DNA of 64,000 nt from Magallana gigas (taxonomy: Eukaryota), in assembly GCF_963853765.1 (NCBI RefSeq), contig NC_088855.1, positions 36,338,205-36,402,204 of the forward strand, read 5' to 3'. Below are positions 63,184 to 64,000 of this stretch, piece by piece. The position numbers and the translations under genes were made by a program. The notes under the pieces were generated by a model that ran no database searches, was not told the origin of the DNA, and saw only the letters and a program-made list of their open reading frames with translations. Every line of letters starts with the position of its first letter. Position 1 is the stretch's first letter.

Positions 63184-64000
63184 ACCTTAAAGATAATCGT
63201 TGCTTTTCAACCAAAACATAAAATTATAAAAATACCGGTAAACAGAAAATCATAAAACTCCGGTGCATCAAAAAATGTTAAAATATGTTATTAAAAAGAA
63301 CATTTTACCGTAAAATTTTCTACTGTCGTTTTTAATTCCTCAATCTCTTCCACATACTTTGCCCACTCTGCTTCAACCATTGTCACGATGTAAAAATGTA
63401 CAAGCTTTGATACAAAACGACTGTGAATGTTATTGACGCATATTTGATAGTACCCTGAAAATACATGCAATGTTAAATTATAAATTGAAGGATAAACACA
63501 CAGGGCAACAATTTTCTTGCAAGCATAATGTTCACTGGAAAAACATACACACACGTGGTATGTCTAACAATTATATATTATTATTAGCATTATTATTATC
63601 ATTGTTTGGCATTTCAAATTACATTAAACCAATTTTATCGTGACTTCGATATAACCTAGTTTTACTGTAGAATCTGTTTAACCCACTGTGTACATACGAG
63701 GGTCAAGTAGCATTATTTTACTGTTTGAAGCTGTCTGCAGGGTATCTGGTAACTACGTGTATCTACTCACCCAAGAAATATTTGATAACCTTAATTACCT
63801 GTAACAGGGGCTTTATATTTAATGTTAGCCTCAGACTTATATATTATTTCTTGGATAACGTTGTTATACGCATCCTTGATGGAGAAGTCCACCATTCGAC
63901 TTCCGCCTCGCAAAACCTACAAAACACACCAGAAGTTTTTGTATTAAAAAAAACGATGTTACATTTGAAAAACAGAACTACTTTTGGGGTCGTGATTTGT

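Overview
This is a eukaryotic (metazoan) nuclear genomic segment, not a prokaryotic one. It has spliceosomal introns with GT..AG boundaries, TATA promoters, AATAAA signals, microsatellites, many MITE/SINE/LINE insertions and very AT-rich non-coding DNA. The gene content, in window order, is as follows. (1) The 3' part of a retinoblastoma-family pocket-protein gene on the + strand: 10 coding exons, 185-3157. (2) A RAD51D (RAD51 paralog D) orthologue on the - strand: 9 exons, 5549-9796. (3) A small lysine-rich protein gene on the - strand, with at least two 3' exons at 12412-13818. (4) MRPL44 (mitochondrial ribosomal protein L44, with an RNase-III-like and dsRBD fold) on the + strand: 10 exons, 16021-21198. 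(5) Three tandem paralogous genes, each with a single coding exon, encoding type-II-membrane FkbM-family (Methyltransf_21-like) SAM-dependent methyltransferases: 29324-30442, 31903-32910 and 39557-40762, all +. (6) A tandem cluster of four actin-family genes at 44398-61035, all +. Each has one intron at the same position, after codon 42-44. The gene at 51119-52723 is canonical and the one at 44398-46086 is a variant with a C-terminal extension. The two downstream copies are strongly divergent actin-like genes. A 5'-truncated non-LTR retrotransposon (RT ORF 48179-50161) lies between the first two actin genes. The intergenic and intronic space carries a foldback-like element, several MITE families (two of them built around G/C-homopolymer hairpins), a dispersed composite repeat, a 24-bp minisatellite, (CT)n and (TA)n microsatellites, satellite-like 'ctatagtt' arrays and several long palindromes. 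The most interesting candidate is the tandem array of Golgi-type FkbM-family methyltransferases. Each is a single coding exon and at least two are preceded by a 5'UTR intron. This combination is unusual for an animal genome and could represent an uncharacterised, possibly horizontally acquired, glycan O-methylation system. All coordinates come from manual reading of the sequence. No database search was possible. The lineage is not claimed, though the repeat landscape and gene set are compatible with a mollusc-like invertebrate.
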